This document shows, piece by piece, positions 43,924 through 53,683 of a stretch of 64,000 bases of DNA. Positions within the stretch are counted from its first letter, which is position 1. Every line of letters begins with the position of its first letter. Under the pieces are notes generated by a model. It searched no databases, was not told where the DNA came from, and saw only the letters and a program-made list of their open reading frames with translations. Both the position numbers and the translations under genes were made by a program. The DNA is from Candidatus Latescibacterota bacterium (GTDB lineage: Bacteria > Latescibacterota > UBA2968 > UBA8231): assembly GCA_965217585.1 (NCBI GenBank), contig OZ244561.1, forward strand, positions 6,112,001 through 6,176,000, given 5' to 3'.

Positions 43924-45804
43924 TCAGTACGTGGCATACAAGACGCCGGTTTTTTCGACCTTTTCCCGGTCGGCATCAACCGAAACCCGATACAGGTAAA
44001 TCCCTGGCGGCACCAAGCCGCCGGCCTCGTCCCGACCATCCCACGCCCGCTCGTACTCGCCGATCCCATCCGCGCCCGAATACACTTGCCGCACTCGGCG
44101 ACCCGACAAGTCCCACACCTCCACCGTCACCTGCGCATTGCCCGTAATCTCCAAGACGTGATAGAAGATGCCTATCCCGTCGTTGCGGCCATCGCCATTG
44201 GGCGTAAAAATGGTCGGCTCGACTCGCACCTGCAACAGCCTCTGCTCCTGCGCGGCGGTGACCACCGACACCCGGTTGCCCTCGTATTTCGCCGTAGCGT
44301 CCCCCGCATTGACCCCCTGCGGCACCTCCAAAGGCTGGTCGCTGTCCGACACCTGCGCTGCAAAGATTGCTCCGTAGCGCAGCACCTGTGCGGCGAAGTC
44401 GACCTCGACTAGCGTTCCCGAGTCCTGCTCCTGGAGGCGTGGGAAACTGACCGCCAGCCGATGCGGCTCCTCGGCTTCCACTGTAAAGGCCACAGGCGCA
44501 TCGCCGATGCGCACTGCCTCCACCGCGCTGATAATCGAGGAGGTCTCGATTTCTAGCTGGTCAAAGCCGACATCGCCTGAGTGAATCGTCGGCCGCAACG
44601 CATAGGTGAAGGACGATTGTTGCCCTACTTTTGCTTCGACAGGCCAAACCTCGCCCACTAGGTTCGTCGCCACCGGCTCAGAGGCGCGCAACTCCACGAA
44701 ACCCACCCGGCCGCCGGCGTTTTCACGGGGCAGAAAATCGACTTTGAACTGGAAGTAGCGTCTGGGGCTCGTCGATACCACCGGAGTGCCGCTGCTGTCG
44801 GCAAAGTTATAGGGTGCCGACCAAAAGGTCCAGTGGTCGAGGTCGTGGGTGATGCCGGCCCGTTCATTGAGTTTGAGACCGTTGTAACCAGCGCGACTCA
44901 CCTCGGCTTTGCCGCCGCGGCCGGTAAAGCGCCAGAACACGTCCGCATCGTCGTCTAGGCCGCTACGGGTCTGGATGAGGACCTGGGCTCCGGGATCCTG
45001 AACCCCGGACCAGCACAGGTCTCCCCAGGCCATGGGCCGCTCGAAATCGATGACATCGGAAATATAGGTGGCCTGTTTGACGAACCCCTTGGCGTAGACT
45101 TCTATCTCGTTCACTTCCCAGTCCGTGTTGTGCTCGGCCAAGGCCACCTGGACAAACTCTACTGCCTCGTGCGATGGGATGGGAATGTCGAGGATTTGCT
45201 CCCGGTTGTCTCTCACTTCGATAATCCAGGGCGATTTCGGCGGAACGATGCCGTAGTTGACTATGGGTCGCGGGCCGATGTGGACGCGGAGGATGCCCAC
45301 GGTTCGGCCTGGGTCGGTAAACCCGGATATCACCCGAAGCCGGTCGATGTTGTAGAGACCGCCTAGGAAGATATTGGCCGTGCCCGCCCGACTGAAATCA
45401 TCGGTGCAGGCCCCGGATCTGATACTGTGTTCGGCGCACAGATACTTTTCCGCCAGCCAGAAAGTACCCGTATCACCATCCCACACTTCTCTATTTATAT
45501 TGGCCCTTAAATGTGCCCCTCCTTTTTCTTCGATTCCGGGTGCTATGTTGAAGTCTGGATTGCGTTTGAGGGGCTGGATACCGGCACTATCCACGTCCAA
45601 GTCGATGATTTCCCCATGAGGTTCGGCATCGAAATCCATCCAGCTCAACTGTCTGAAGTCCACCCCGTCACGGCCTTCCTCAGGAGGTTTGGGCCGATCT
45701 TCGCCGCCGAACCGGTAAATGGTCAGACCCGAGGCCGGGCCAACCCAAAAACCGATCACCCAAGAAAAAACCCAGAATAGAGAAAGGAAGCGTGCTACTT
45801 TCAT
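43924..45804 (-). CDS. Family A secreted FlgD-Ig protein, subtype beta
   Basis: Signal peptide; LTIYRFGGE..PPE; VWDGD; WTFWSAPYNFADS; FTPNGDGRND; ends YATY; closest to 26683-28581. Confidence 0.76.
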   Translation of the reverse strand: MKVARFLSLFWVFSWVIGFWVGPASGLTIYRFGGEDRPKPPEEGRDGVDFRQLSWMDFDAEPHGEIIDLDVDSAGIQPLKRNPDFNIAPGIEEKGGAHLRANINREVWDGDTGTFWLAEKYLCAEHSIRSGACTDDFSRAGTANIFLGGLYNIDRLRVISGFTDPGRTVGILRVHIGPRPIVNYGIVPPKSPWIIEVRDNREQILDIPIPSHEAVEFVQVALAEHNTDWEVNEIEVYAKGFVKQATYISDVIDFERPMAWGDLCWSGVQDPGAQVLIQTRSGLDDDADVFWRFTGRGGKAEVSRAGYNGLKLNERAGITHDLDHWTFWSAPYNFADSSGTPVVSTSPRRYFQFKVDFLPRENAGGRVGFVELRASEPVATNLVGEVWPVEAKVGQQSSFTYALRPTIHSGDVGFDQLEIETSSIISAVEAVRIGDAPVAFTVEAEEPHRLAVSFPRLQEQDSGTLVEVDFAAQVLRYGAIFAAQVSDSDQPLEVPQGVNAGDATAKYEGNRVSVVTAAQEQRLLQVRVEPTIFTPNGDGRNDGIGIFYHVLEITGNAQVTVEVWDLSGRRVRQVYSGADGIGEYERAWDGRDEAGGLVPPGIYLYRVSVDADREKVEKTGVLYATY

Positions 45805-46218
45805 CGACGTTCACCCCGCAAATTCGGGATAGTGCTCCGCTAGTCGCTGTAAGAAGCTATGTAAAATTCCCAATGTGTCCCGACCCGAGTGGAAAAGCGG
45901 CGGATATGAGGAGCGAGGGACGCGCAGCGCCCGGATCCCGAAAGATAGTGTTGCAAGGGCGTTGTGTCATCTTTTTCTGGCCGCTAGTTGGAGGTCCCAG
46001 TCGTTGAAACCGGCTTGTGGCGATGTAGAGGGTACCCGGCCGGTGCGCTCGCGTTCGGGCCGACGGGTAGGTTTTCGGATAGGCTGTTAGTATCTTTATC
46101 GTCAGTCGTCGGTGAAAATTCAACTTGCTGGCTCAGTGGCACGGGAGAGGTGCAATAGAGCGCCCTGGACCACACCAGCGCGCTGGGTTGTTTCTCATCA
46201 GTATCAGGGGAATCGATC

Positions 46219-47874
46219 GTGACGCGAATATCAGTCCTTGTTTTCTCGGTAGCGGCAACCATGTATTGGGCGTGCGGCACCGCAGAGCACCCGCCGGACC
46301 AAGCCCAAGAATCGCTGCCAGACCAACCTCCGCTCCTCGGCCGCATCGACTTTCCCACTTCCGGTACACCCGCGGCCCAAGAGGAGTTCGAATTGGGGGT
46401 GCTGGCGCTGCACAGCTTCTGGTACGAGGAGGCGCGCGACCACTTTCGCAAGGCGCGGGAACTGGACCCCAGTTTCGCCATGGCCTACTGGGGCGAGGCC
46501 ATGACGCACGACGCGCCTCTGCAGGGCCCCGGGGGCGTGCAGGATTCAAAGGCCGGCCAAGCGATTCTCGACCAGCTAAATGAACTGCAAGCGCAAGGAA
46601 AGCTGCAATGGACGGCGCGCGAGCAGGGATTCGTCGATGCACTGCGGCCGCTCTATCGCGAGCGGGGCAGTTCAAAGGGTCGCCGGGATTTTGCCGCGGC
46701 CATGGAGCAACTCGCCGCGCGCTACCCGGACGACGACGAAGTGGTCGTCTTCGCGGCATTGGCCCGCATGAGCGCCGCCCGGGTCCAAAGGGGATTCACT
46801 TGGGACGATTCCGCGTTTGTGGAGCCGCTCGCCGCCATTTTGGAGGAAGTGTACCAGCGCCGGCCGGAGCATCCCGGCGTGGTGCACTATCTCATCCACG
46901 TGTACGATTCGCGCACTTTCGCCCATAGGGGCTTGGACTTGGCCCGGTTCTATGCTCGCCTGGCACCGGCCTCGTCGCACGCGCTGCACATGCCGAGCCA
47001 CATTTTTCGCTGGCTCGGCATGTGGGCGGAGATGGCTGCTTCAAACGAGGATTCCTACGCGGCGACCGTGCAGTGGCAGGAGCGGACGGGGCGGCCCCTG
47101 TACAAGCGCGACTTCCACTCGCTCGACTGGCTGTTGGACGCCTATCTCAAGTTGGGCCGTTTGCAGGACGCGCAGGGCGTGCTTGATGAACTCGACGCTG
47201 TGGCGCGCGAAGCTCAGCGGCGGGGCGAGAAACTGGACCTTATTCCCTACAATAAGATTATGTTCAAAAGCCGCTACCAAAGGGTCGCGCTGGCCGTGGG
47301 CCGCACCGACGTGCGGCTGCCGGTCGCAGAGGAGGTCGATGTGGCCTCCATGCCGCCGGGCCAGGGCGCGCGCTTTATTGGCTATCGCGCCGCAGTGGCG
47401 GGGCAGGACTCGCTGTTTCGCCTCGCTGTCGAACGCGTGCGAGCCTACTCGCGCATACCGACTTTAAGGAGATTCGAGAATTATCTCCAAGCGGTGGCCC
47501 ACTACCTCGACTCCGTCCACGCCCGGGCGCGCGGCGAGGCCGCTGCCGCGCTGGAGTCGGCCCGCCGGGCCATGGAAGGGGAGCGACGGGAAAAAGCCCC
47601 GCCCGACATTTTGGGTAGTGAGCTGTATGCGGAACTGCTCCTAGAGCAGGGCCATGCCCAAAGGGCCCGCCCGTTGTTTGCCCAGCTTTTGGAGATGCGG
47701 CCGCGGGACCCGCTATACGTGCTCGGTCTGGCGCGGGCCGAAGCGGCCCTAGGCAGCGGGGGAGAAGCTGTGCGTTTTTATCGCGAACTCCTCGATATCT
47801 GGCGCGATGCCGATGCCGATTTACCCGCGCTCAAAGAGGCGCAGGATTACGTCCAGCAACACGGTGCTCAATGA
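46219..47874 (+). CDS. TPR-repeat lipoprotein
   Basis: Lipobox YWAC; LGRIDFPTS..AQEEFELGVLALHSFWYEEA..DPSFAMAYWG, HPGVVHYLIH, HALHMPSHIF motifs of a common TPR family. Confidence 0.75.
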   Translation: MTRISVLVFSVAATMYWACGTAEHPPDQAQESLPDQPPLLGRIDFPTSGTPAAQEEFELGVLALHSFWYEEARDHFRKARELDPSFAMAYWGEAMTHDAPLQGPGGVQDSKAGQAILDQLNELQAQGKLQWTAREQGFVDALRPLYRERGSSKGRRDFAAAMEQLAARYPDDDEVVVFAALARMSAARVQRGFTWDDSAFVEPLAAILEEVYQRRPEHPGVVHYLIHVYDSRTFAHRGLDLARFYARLAPASSHALHMPSHIFRWLGMWAEMAASNEDSYAATVQWQERTGRPLYKRDFHSLDWLLDAYLKLGRLQDAQGVLDELDAVAREAQRRGEKLDLIPYNKIMFKSRYQRVALAVGRTDVRLPVAEEVDVASMPPGQGARFIGYRAAVAGQDSLFRLAVERVRAYSRIPTLRRFENYLQAVAHYLDSVHARARGEAAAALESARRAMEGERREKAPPDILGSELYAELLLEQGHAQRARPLFAQLLEMRPRDPLYVLGLARAEAALGSGGEAVRFYRELLDIWRDADADLPALKEAQDYVQQHGAQ

Positions 47875-47912
47875 GCCATTGACCCTCGCCCCGCGCGAGA
47901 GGGAGGAAGCAG

Positions 47913-50348
47913 ATGAATAGCTGGCAGAAAGCGCGTTGTATCGTCGCCTTGGGCATGGCCACGGCGACAGGCCCCAGCGCTGATACAGTGATAGAGCCGC
48001 TGGCGGGAACGAATCTGGCCTTGGGCAAGAGCGCGACTTTTTCTTTAGAGCCCAACTACAGCTTGTGTGCCGGGGGCGATGAGACCGATCTCTTCGATGG
48101 CGAGTTCTGGCAGCCCGGCGACACTGGCTTCTGGACCGACAAGGGAACGGTCGGCTGGCAATTCGGCCGCAAGCCCGGCGTCCTCATTTCGCTCGATCTC
48201 GGGGATGTTTACTCCATTGATGCCCTTGGTTTTGACACCACTTCTGGGGCGTCCCAAGTCACCTTTCCCGCGGCGCTCTTCGCCTATGTGTCCGACGACG
48301 GTCAGACCTGGCGCTATGTGGCCGATCTGATCAATGAGGCGATTCCCCAGGACCAGTACGTGCGCCATCGCTTTGTCGCTCGGGGTCTGAAAACCCGTGG
48401 ACGCCACCTCGCAATATACATCGCCAAGGGGGGCTTTTACGGATTCGTGGACGAAATTGAGGTGATGCAGGGCCGCGGCGACCCGGCGGCTGTTTCTTTC
48501 GCAGAGGCCGGAATCGACCAAGGCGCGATCGAAAGCGACGCTTTAAAGCGCGCCGAAGGTGCCGTGCAGAAGAATATCGACCTCTACTTTGTCCAGGCCG
48601 CCCGCGATCAGGTGATGTCCATGCAGGGAGCAGACACGGCCGCTATTCTGCGCCAACTTGAAACCTTGGAGCGCGTCGTTTTCACCGGCAGCGGTAGCGA
48701 AGAAGTGGATTACTCCAAGGGGCTGCCCCACACCGAGGTCGGTCGCAGAATTTGCGCGGCGATGGGTGCCTATTTCAGCCGCCGCGCCGACCGCGCCGCG
48801 ATCATCTGGCAGCCGACCGACTCGATGTGGTCGCACCGGACCAACCCGTTTGCGCGGCCGGTAAGCGCGGTCGCGCCCAGTTTGCACGCGGATATGATGA
48901 TCGGCGAGTACGAACCGGTCGCTTTCAACGTGTCGAACAATACCGACGAGCCGCTGACGGTACAGGTCGAAGTCGGCGCATTGAAGGGGGTTGGGGGAGA
49001 GGATATCTGGCCAGACGCGCAGATCACACGACATATTGCAACCCATGTCGTGGGCAGTGGATTCCTGTTTTTCGACGACGCCCTGCCTCCTCTCGAAGAC
49101 GATGGCGCAATCCTGCCGCCGGGCATGACGCGCCAAGTGTGGCTGGTGTTCCACTCGCGGGGCCTCGAGCCGCAACAGTACGAGGGCAAGGTCGCGGTCA
49201 CCGTCGGCGATGCGCACTTTGAGATTCCGCTCAGCGCTACGGTGTTTCCCGTGGAAATGCCAGCCGATCCGACGTATATCGCCCAGTCGTGGGGCTACTT
49301 CACCTGGACGCCGGCTCTGGGGTACGAGCAGCAGGCCGCCGTGGAACTTGAGCGCTGCTATGCCAACTCCCACGTGCTACACCACGCGTACATTCCCTGG
49401 CCCAAGGTCGATAAGGCGACTGGTGAGTTGGTCCGACCGATTGAGGTCGATTTCACCAAACTCGACGAGATGCTCGCGTACCGGCCCTACGTGAGGCAGT
49501 GGCTGCTGTGGACCGGTTTTGAATTCGGCTACATGGACCTCAATTACCACCGCGCGACTAAGGTGCCAAAGGTCGGCACTCCCGAACACGAATCCCTGTT
49601 CAAGGAGTGGGTGCGACAAATCCGCGACCACATGCAGGCGAGGGGCTATCCGACGGATAAATGGGCCTTTTACTGGGTCGATGAGCCCGGCGACAAGAGA
49701 TTTGTCGAGTACATTATTCCGTCGTCGAAATTCGCCAAGGAGGTCGATCCGACGATCCTCATTTGGGAGGATCATCAAATTTCGCTGGAGATGCTGGAAA
49801 AGCACCCCGATGCCATCGACATCCACTGCTGTCCGCTAAAGTACTATCGCCAACATCCCGAAATCCTCGCCCACGTGCTGGCGGAAGAACACGCCGGCTC
49901 CCAGTACGTCGTGGGAAGTGCCAAAGCCAGCGATCCCCACCAGTATTATCGCCTGCACCACATGGCTGCGGTCGAGTTGGGGTTGGACGGTGCTGGCATG
50001 TGGGTCTGGGGAGACGACGGCGGACAGTTCAACGACTACGCGGGCCGCTATCCCAGCTACGGCATGGTCTATGCCTCCGAGCACGGGCCGATCACCAGCA
50101 AGCGGCGGGAGGCCTGGCGCGAAGGCATCGAAGATGTCGAATTGTGGCGTCATCTGGGCAGCATCGCGGCAAAAACCGGCGATGCTGGTCTGGCACAACT
50201 CCACCGGGAAGGTCCGGCCCGCTTGGTCAACAGGCAGGATGGCCGGGCCGATTTGGTGCAGGTGGACCTACACAGCGGCACGCCCGGGGAATTGCTCGAG
50301 ATGCGGCTGGAGGTGCTGAAGGTCCTGGCTGAGGCCCTGGCAAAATAG
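47913..50348 (+). CDS. Secreted discoidin/F5-8-like domain + glycoside hydrolase-like (GH123/DUF4091-like) protein
   Basis: NLALGKSA, LFDG, SLDLG, VSDDGQTW, FVDEIEV; GEYEPVAFNV; YWVDEP; SKRREAWREGIED C-terminal motif. Confidence 0.6.
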   Translation: MNSWQKARCIVALGMATATGPSADTVIEPLAGTNLALGKSATFSLEPNYSLCAGGDETDLFDGEFWQPGDTGFWTDKGTVGWQFGRKPGVLISLDLGDVYSIDALGFDTTSGASQVTFPAALFAYVSDDGQTWRYVADLINEAIPQDQYVRHRFVARGLKTRGRHLAIYIAKGGFYGFVDEIEVMQGRGDPAAVSFAEAGIDQGAIESDALKRAEGAVQKNIDLYFVQAARDQVMSMQGADTAAILRQLETLERVVFTGSGSEEVDYSKGLPHTEVGRRICAAMGAYFSRRADRAAIIWQPTDSMWSHRTNPFARPVSAVAPSLHADMMIGEYEPVAFNVSNNTDEPLTVQVEVGALKGVGGEDIWPDAQITRHIATHVVGSGFLFFDDALPPLEDDGAILPPGMTRQVWLVFHSRGLEPQQYEGKVAVTVGDAHFEIPLSATVFPVEMPADPTYIAQSWGYFTWTPALGYEQQAAVELERCYANSHVLHHAYIPWPKVDKATGELVRPIEVDFTKLDEMLAYRPYVRQWLLWTGFEFGYMDLNYHRATKVPKVGTPEHESLFKEWVRQIRDHMQARGYPTDKWAFYWVDEPGDKRFVEYIIPSSKFAKEVDPTILIWEDHQISLEMLEKHPDAIDIHCCPLKYYRQHPEILAHVLAEEHAGSQYVVGSAKASDPHQYYRLHHMAAVELGLDGAGMWVWGDDGGQFNDYAGRYPSYGMVYASEHGPITSKRREAWREGIEDVELWRHLGSIAAKTGDAGLAQLHREGPARLVNRQDGRADLVQVDLHSGTPGELLEMRLEVLKVLAEALAK

Positions 50349-50359
50349 AAAGGTTCGCT

Positions 50360-50494
50360 ATGATAACCGCCGAACAGGTGGCTCACTATCAAACGTTCGG
50401 CTTTCTGGCCCTGCGCGCAGCCTTCAAGCGCGACGAGATGGCCGCCATTGGTCGGACATTCGACGAGTTGCTCGACCAGGAACGCGAGGGGTGA
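50360..50494 (+). pseudogene. N-terminal remnant of phytanoyl-CoA dioxygenase (PhyH) family gene
   Basis: AGAAAGG RBS, then MITAEQVAHYQTFGFLALRAAFKRDEM...EREG* (44 codons), the typical PhyH N-terminus, with no catalytic part following. Confidence 0.68.
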
Positions 50495-50537
50495 CCTTTT
50501 GCGGGTGCCAAGCGACCTTAGAAGGGGAGGGCCGTCG

Positions 50538-51689
50538 ATGGAGGAATGGACGCGCAGGACTTTTATCCAGCAGACGCTTGGCGCGGGTGGTGCGCTGGCC
50601 TTGGGCCTTGCGTGCGCTCGTCCAGAGAGCGACGCCGATCCCTTTACTGGCGGCGAATTGCTGGAGAATCTGGGCTTCCTTGACGGCAAGGAGCCTCTGC
50701 AACTAGGCGACGGGCTCGACGCGCGATTCCACACCGATTTGACCGCGCTCACGCCCGCCACCTTAATCACCCCCAATGAGCACTTCTTTGTGCGCACGCG
50801 CTGTTCCGACCTGATCAATTTTGCCCAGCCGTGGAAAATCGCGGTGCGCGGACTGGTCGAGCGACCCGTGGAAATCGGTCTGGACGAGTTGAAGCTCTTG
50901 GTCAAACCCATGGGCACCGTGCTGTTGGAGTGCGCCGGCAATCAGCGCCGGCCCTTTGGGCTGATGAGCGCGGCCCAGTGGTCGGGCGTCCCTCTGACCG
51001 AGGTGCTAGAGGGGCTGAACATCAAGGCCGAGGCGACCCGCATCCTGATCTCGGGCTTTGACGAGTACTCAACCAAACCGCACGCTTCGATTCCAGGGGC
51101 GAGCTGGGTTTTTACCTTTGCGGAGCTTGAGCAATACGGTGCCTTTTTGGCCACTGAAATGAACGGCGAACCGCTGTCGCGCGATCACGGTTTCCCCGTG
51201 CGCCTAGTCGTGCCCCGGTGGTTTAGTTGCGTGGACATCAAATGGGTCAATGAGATTGCGTTGGTCGACGACGGCGCAATGGCGACGAGTCAGATGTTGG
51301 AATTTGCCAGCCGTATCAACCAGCAAGGCGACCCCAAGCTCGCTAGGGACTTCAACCCCGCGCTGATCGACCAGGCGGCTCTGCCCATCCGCGTTGAAAA
51401 ATGGCGTCTCGCCGAGCGGATCGTCTATCGAGTGGTCGGTCTGATGTGGGGAGGCGAGCGGTCGACCGACAAATTGATGATTCGGTTTGGCAGAGACCAA
51501 GATCCCGTTCCGGTCAATAGGCCCTACGCGCAGGAGACCAACGACACCTGGACGCTCTGGTCGCATGCGTGGGAACCCGCGAGGATGGGTTTCTACGATA
51601 TTACCATGCACATTGACGACGCTAGCATCAGGACGTGGCGGCTCGATCGGGGGCTGCACCGACGGCGGATCTATATCAGACAGGTTTGA
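50538..51689 (+). CDS. Tat-exported sulfite oxidase family molybdopterin oxidoreductase (lipoprotein)
   Basis: TRRTFI twin-arginine signal + GLAC; TPNEHFFVR, LECAGN, WSGVPL, MNGEPLSRDHGFPVRLVVP, KW motifs. Confidence 0.85.
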   Translation: MEEWTRRTFIQQTLGAGGALALGLACARPESDADPFTGGELLENLGFLDGKEPLQLGDGLDARFHTDLTALTPATLITPNEHFFVRTRCSDLINFAQPWKIAVRGLVERPVEIGLDELKLLVKPMGTVLLECAGNQRRPFGLMSAAQWSGVPLTEVLEGLNIKAEATRILISGFDEYSTKPHASIPGASWVFTFAELEQYGAFLATEMNGEPLSRDHGFPVRLVVPRWFSCVDIKWVNEIALVDDGAMATSQMLEFASRINQQGDPKLARDFNPALIDQAALPIRVEKWRLAERIVYRVVGLMWGGERSTDKLMIRFGRDQDPVPVNRPYAQETNDTWTLWSHAWEPARMGFYDITMHIDDASIRTWRLDRGLHRRRIYIRQV

Positions 51690-51692
51690 TGC

Positions 51693-53516
51693 CTAGCCCT
51701 GGTGGGCGTGGGTCACGGCCCGATCAATTTTTTCGTTCCAGGGATCTGCCACGCGGGCCTGGTACCTGCCGTCGTTGAAGTAGGCGGCCTTGGGCATCCA
51801 GCGGTCTTCCAGAATGACCTGGCGGTGGGCCCTTTTGAGGCGGGACTTGAGTTTGGCGAGCGCGGCGGCCTTGTGGCGGGCTTTTGGTCCGGGGGACATG
51901 GCTAGGATTTCGTCGGCTGTATGCCAGCCCCGGATGAGGGTGGCGGGAAAAGCGAACCAGCGGCAGATGTAGCCGATTCTCAGGCGTACGAGCGGATCCC
52001 GCGAGGCCCTGCGGGCGCGGGCGAGGATGGCCTCCAGGTCGTCGACGTCGTCCGCAGTGAAGCAGGAGACCTGGTCGTGGAGGCCGCGCAGCCCTTGGAA
52101 CCAGCGACCCTGCCGAGGGCGTTGCCAGATGGCTTCGAGGCGGTCGTAGAAGACGCGGACTGCGCCGGCCGCCTTGTGGAAGAGCCGACGGAAAAATTCG
52201 TCCAGGAGCGCATCCACATCCTGGTCCGAGTCCCACCAGAGCTTGGAGGCCAGCCAGATGTGGGGGCCGAAGCCGGGCCAGTGGGGATAGGCTTCGGCGT
52301 AGAAGCCCTTGACGCCGGTGCGGTGCTGGAATTTGATGTCGTCGGCCAGCAGGTGGGGGAAGAAACGGGGCAGCACCCAGCCCAGGCCATAGTAGTCGTA
52401 CTTGCAGACGTGGTCGCATTGCCGGCTCCAGGTGCGAATGAATGCGCGGTCCTTGTCGCGGTATTCGCGGTCGAAGTGCTGGGCAGTGTCCTGGGTGAGG
52501 AAGATGGCGACGTTGGGCTCCAGATGGTCGATGGTCTGGGGAGGCGATTCCACGTTGATGTAGGCCAGGCAGCCGACGAACTTTCCCGGGTGGGATTCCC
52601 GCAGCGCCCGGGCCACGGTGTTGATGTAGGTGAACCACCGGTCGGAGTAGACCGGACGGTCGCGAAAGACCAGGCCGGGCACGTCGAGTGCCCGGCAGTT
52701 TTCGCACTGGCAAAAATCCGCGTTGTCGTTCATGCCCAAAGAGAAGCAGTGGGCCTCGGGATTGGCATCGAAGTAGCGGCGCACGGCCTGGATGGTAAGG
52801 TCGATGACCGCGGGATTGCTGGTGCAGGGCTGGCCAAAGCGGGCATTGCTTTCGGCGTCGCTGGTGGGAATGAGGCGCTGCCCGTCGATGAGGGCGTAGT
52901 ACTCGGGATGGCTCTTGCCGTAGCGAGCGACCGGAAAGATGCTGTAGAGGGCGTGGTGAAAGCCGGCGTAGGGCAATTGCGGTCGGCGGCGGCTGACCCG
53001 GTTGCGGCGCTCCCATTGCGCTCCTTCCAGACCGGAGATGCCGCTGAATTCGCGGTGGAGGAAATGGGGCCGCTTTTCCTCGTTTATCGGGGCCAGCCGC
53101 AGGGTGGTTTGCACGGGGATGTCCGCGAAGAGTTCTCCGGGCATGAAAAAGCGGACGCCGAGGTGGTCCTCCAGGAGCCCGTACACGCCGTAGCACGTGC
53201 CGCAGTCGCTGCCGCCCAGAATGAAGAGGTCTCTGCCAGAGGTGGCCAGGCGGTAGCCCTCGACGCCCGCGTCTCCGGCGTCCAGACCCAGGGATTGGGC
53301 GCATGTAGTGGCTCCCACGTGGAGGGCGGTGCTTCCCCGGGGTGCGGGTTTGCCGTCATCCGGTTTCATCGGAGGAGCTATACCAATGATTTTTTCGAGA
53401 ATGGCCTGCAGATCCATGGCCGCTTCGCGGAGTACTTCTCCGGCATCATCGGGCAGGACAATAGCGGTTTTGGGCATGCCCTTATTGGCTAGGGTGAAGG
53501 TCTTGGAAGGGGCCAT
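51693..53516 (-). CDS. DUF4838-like protein (GH-like N-terminal domain + TIM barrel)
   Basis: EGYRL..GTCYGVYGLLEDHLGVRFFMPG, HPEYYALIDG, QPCTSNP, SLGMND..FCQCENC, LAY, KLWWD motifs; GGAGG RBS before ATG 53516. Confidence 0.75.
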   Translation of the reverse strand: MAPSKTFTLANKGMPKTAIVLPDDAGEVLREAAMDLQAILEKIIGIAPPMKPDDGKPAPRGSTALHVGATTCAQSLGLDAGDAGVEGYRLATSGRDLFILGGSDCGTCYGVYGLLEDHLGVRFFMPGELFADIPVQTTLRLAPINEEKRPHFLHREFSGISGLEGAQWERRNRVSRRRPQLPYAGFHHALYSIFPVARYGKSHPEYYALIDGQRLIPTSDAESNARFGQPCTSNPAVIDLTIQAVRRYFDANPEAHCFSLGMNDNADFCQCENCRALDVPGLVFRDRPVYSDRWFTYINTVARALRESHPGKFVGCLAYINVESPPQTIDHLEPNVAIFLTQDTAQHFDREYRDKDRAFIRTWSRQCDHVCKYDYYGLGWVLPRFFPHLLADDIKFQHRTGVKGFYAEAYPHWPGFGPHIWLASKLWWDSDQDVDALLDEFFRRLFHKAAGAVRVFYDRLEAIWQRPRQGRWFQGLRGLHDQVSCFTADDVDDLEAILARARRASRDPLVRLRIGYICRWFAFPATLIRGWHTADEILAMSPGPKARHKAAALAKLKSRLKRAHRQVILEDRWMPKAAYFNDGRYQARVADPWNEKIDRAVTHAHQG

Positions 53517-53556
53517 TTCGCGCCTCCTGTGTCGGCAGGGAGTACACTCGGACAGA

Positions 53557-53585
53557 ATCATATATTTGCATTGTTCGACTGTCAA
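53557..53585 (-). promoter_or_regulatory. sigma70 promoter of DUF4838-like gene
   Basis: Minus strand TTGACA-17 nt-TATGAT. Confidence 0.7.
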
Positions 53586-53683
53586 ACATCCTCTGAGCGG
53601 AGCCGGTCGGCATGGCTTTCGAGGAGCGCCGACTGGGAGCACTGGTCCGAGTCCGCGACCAGCCAAGACGGGATAGGTTACAC

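Noticed and set aside
51724-53492. Long alternative-frame and antisense ORFs (526 aa, 523 aa), also 10741..12225, 19722..20981, 39976..41268 and similar
   Set aside because: Shadow ORFs of high-GC coding sequence; Arg/Pro/Gly-rich with no motifs; they overlap well-supported genes
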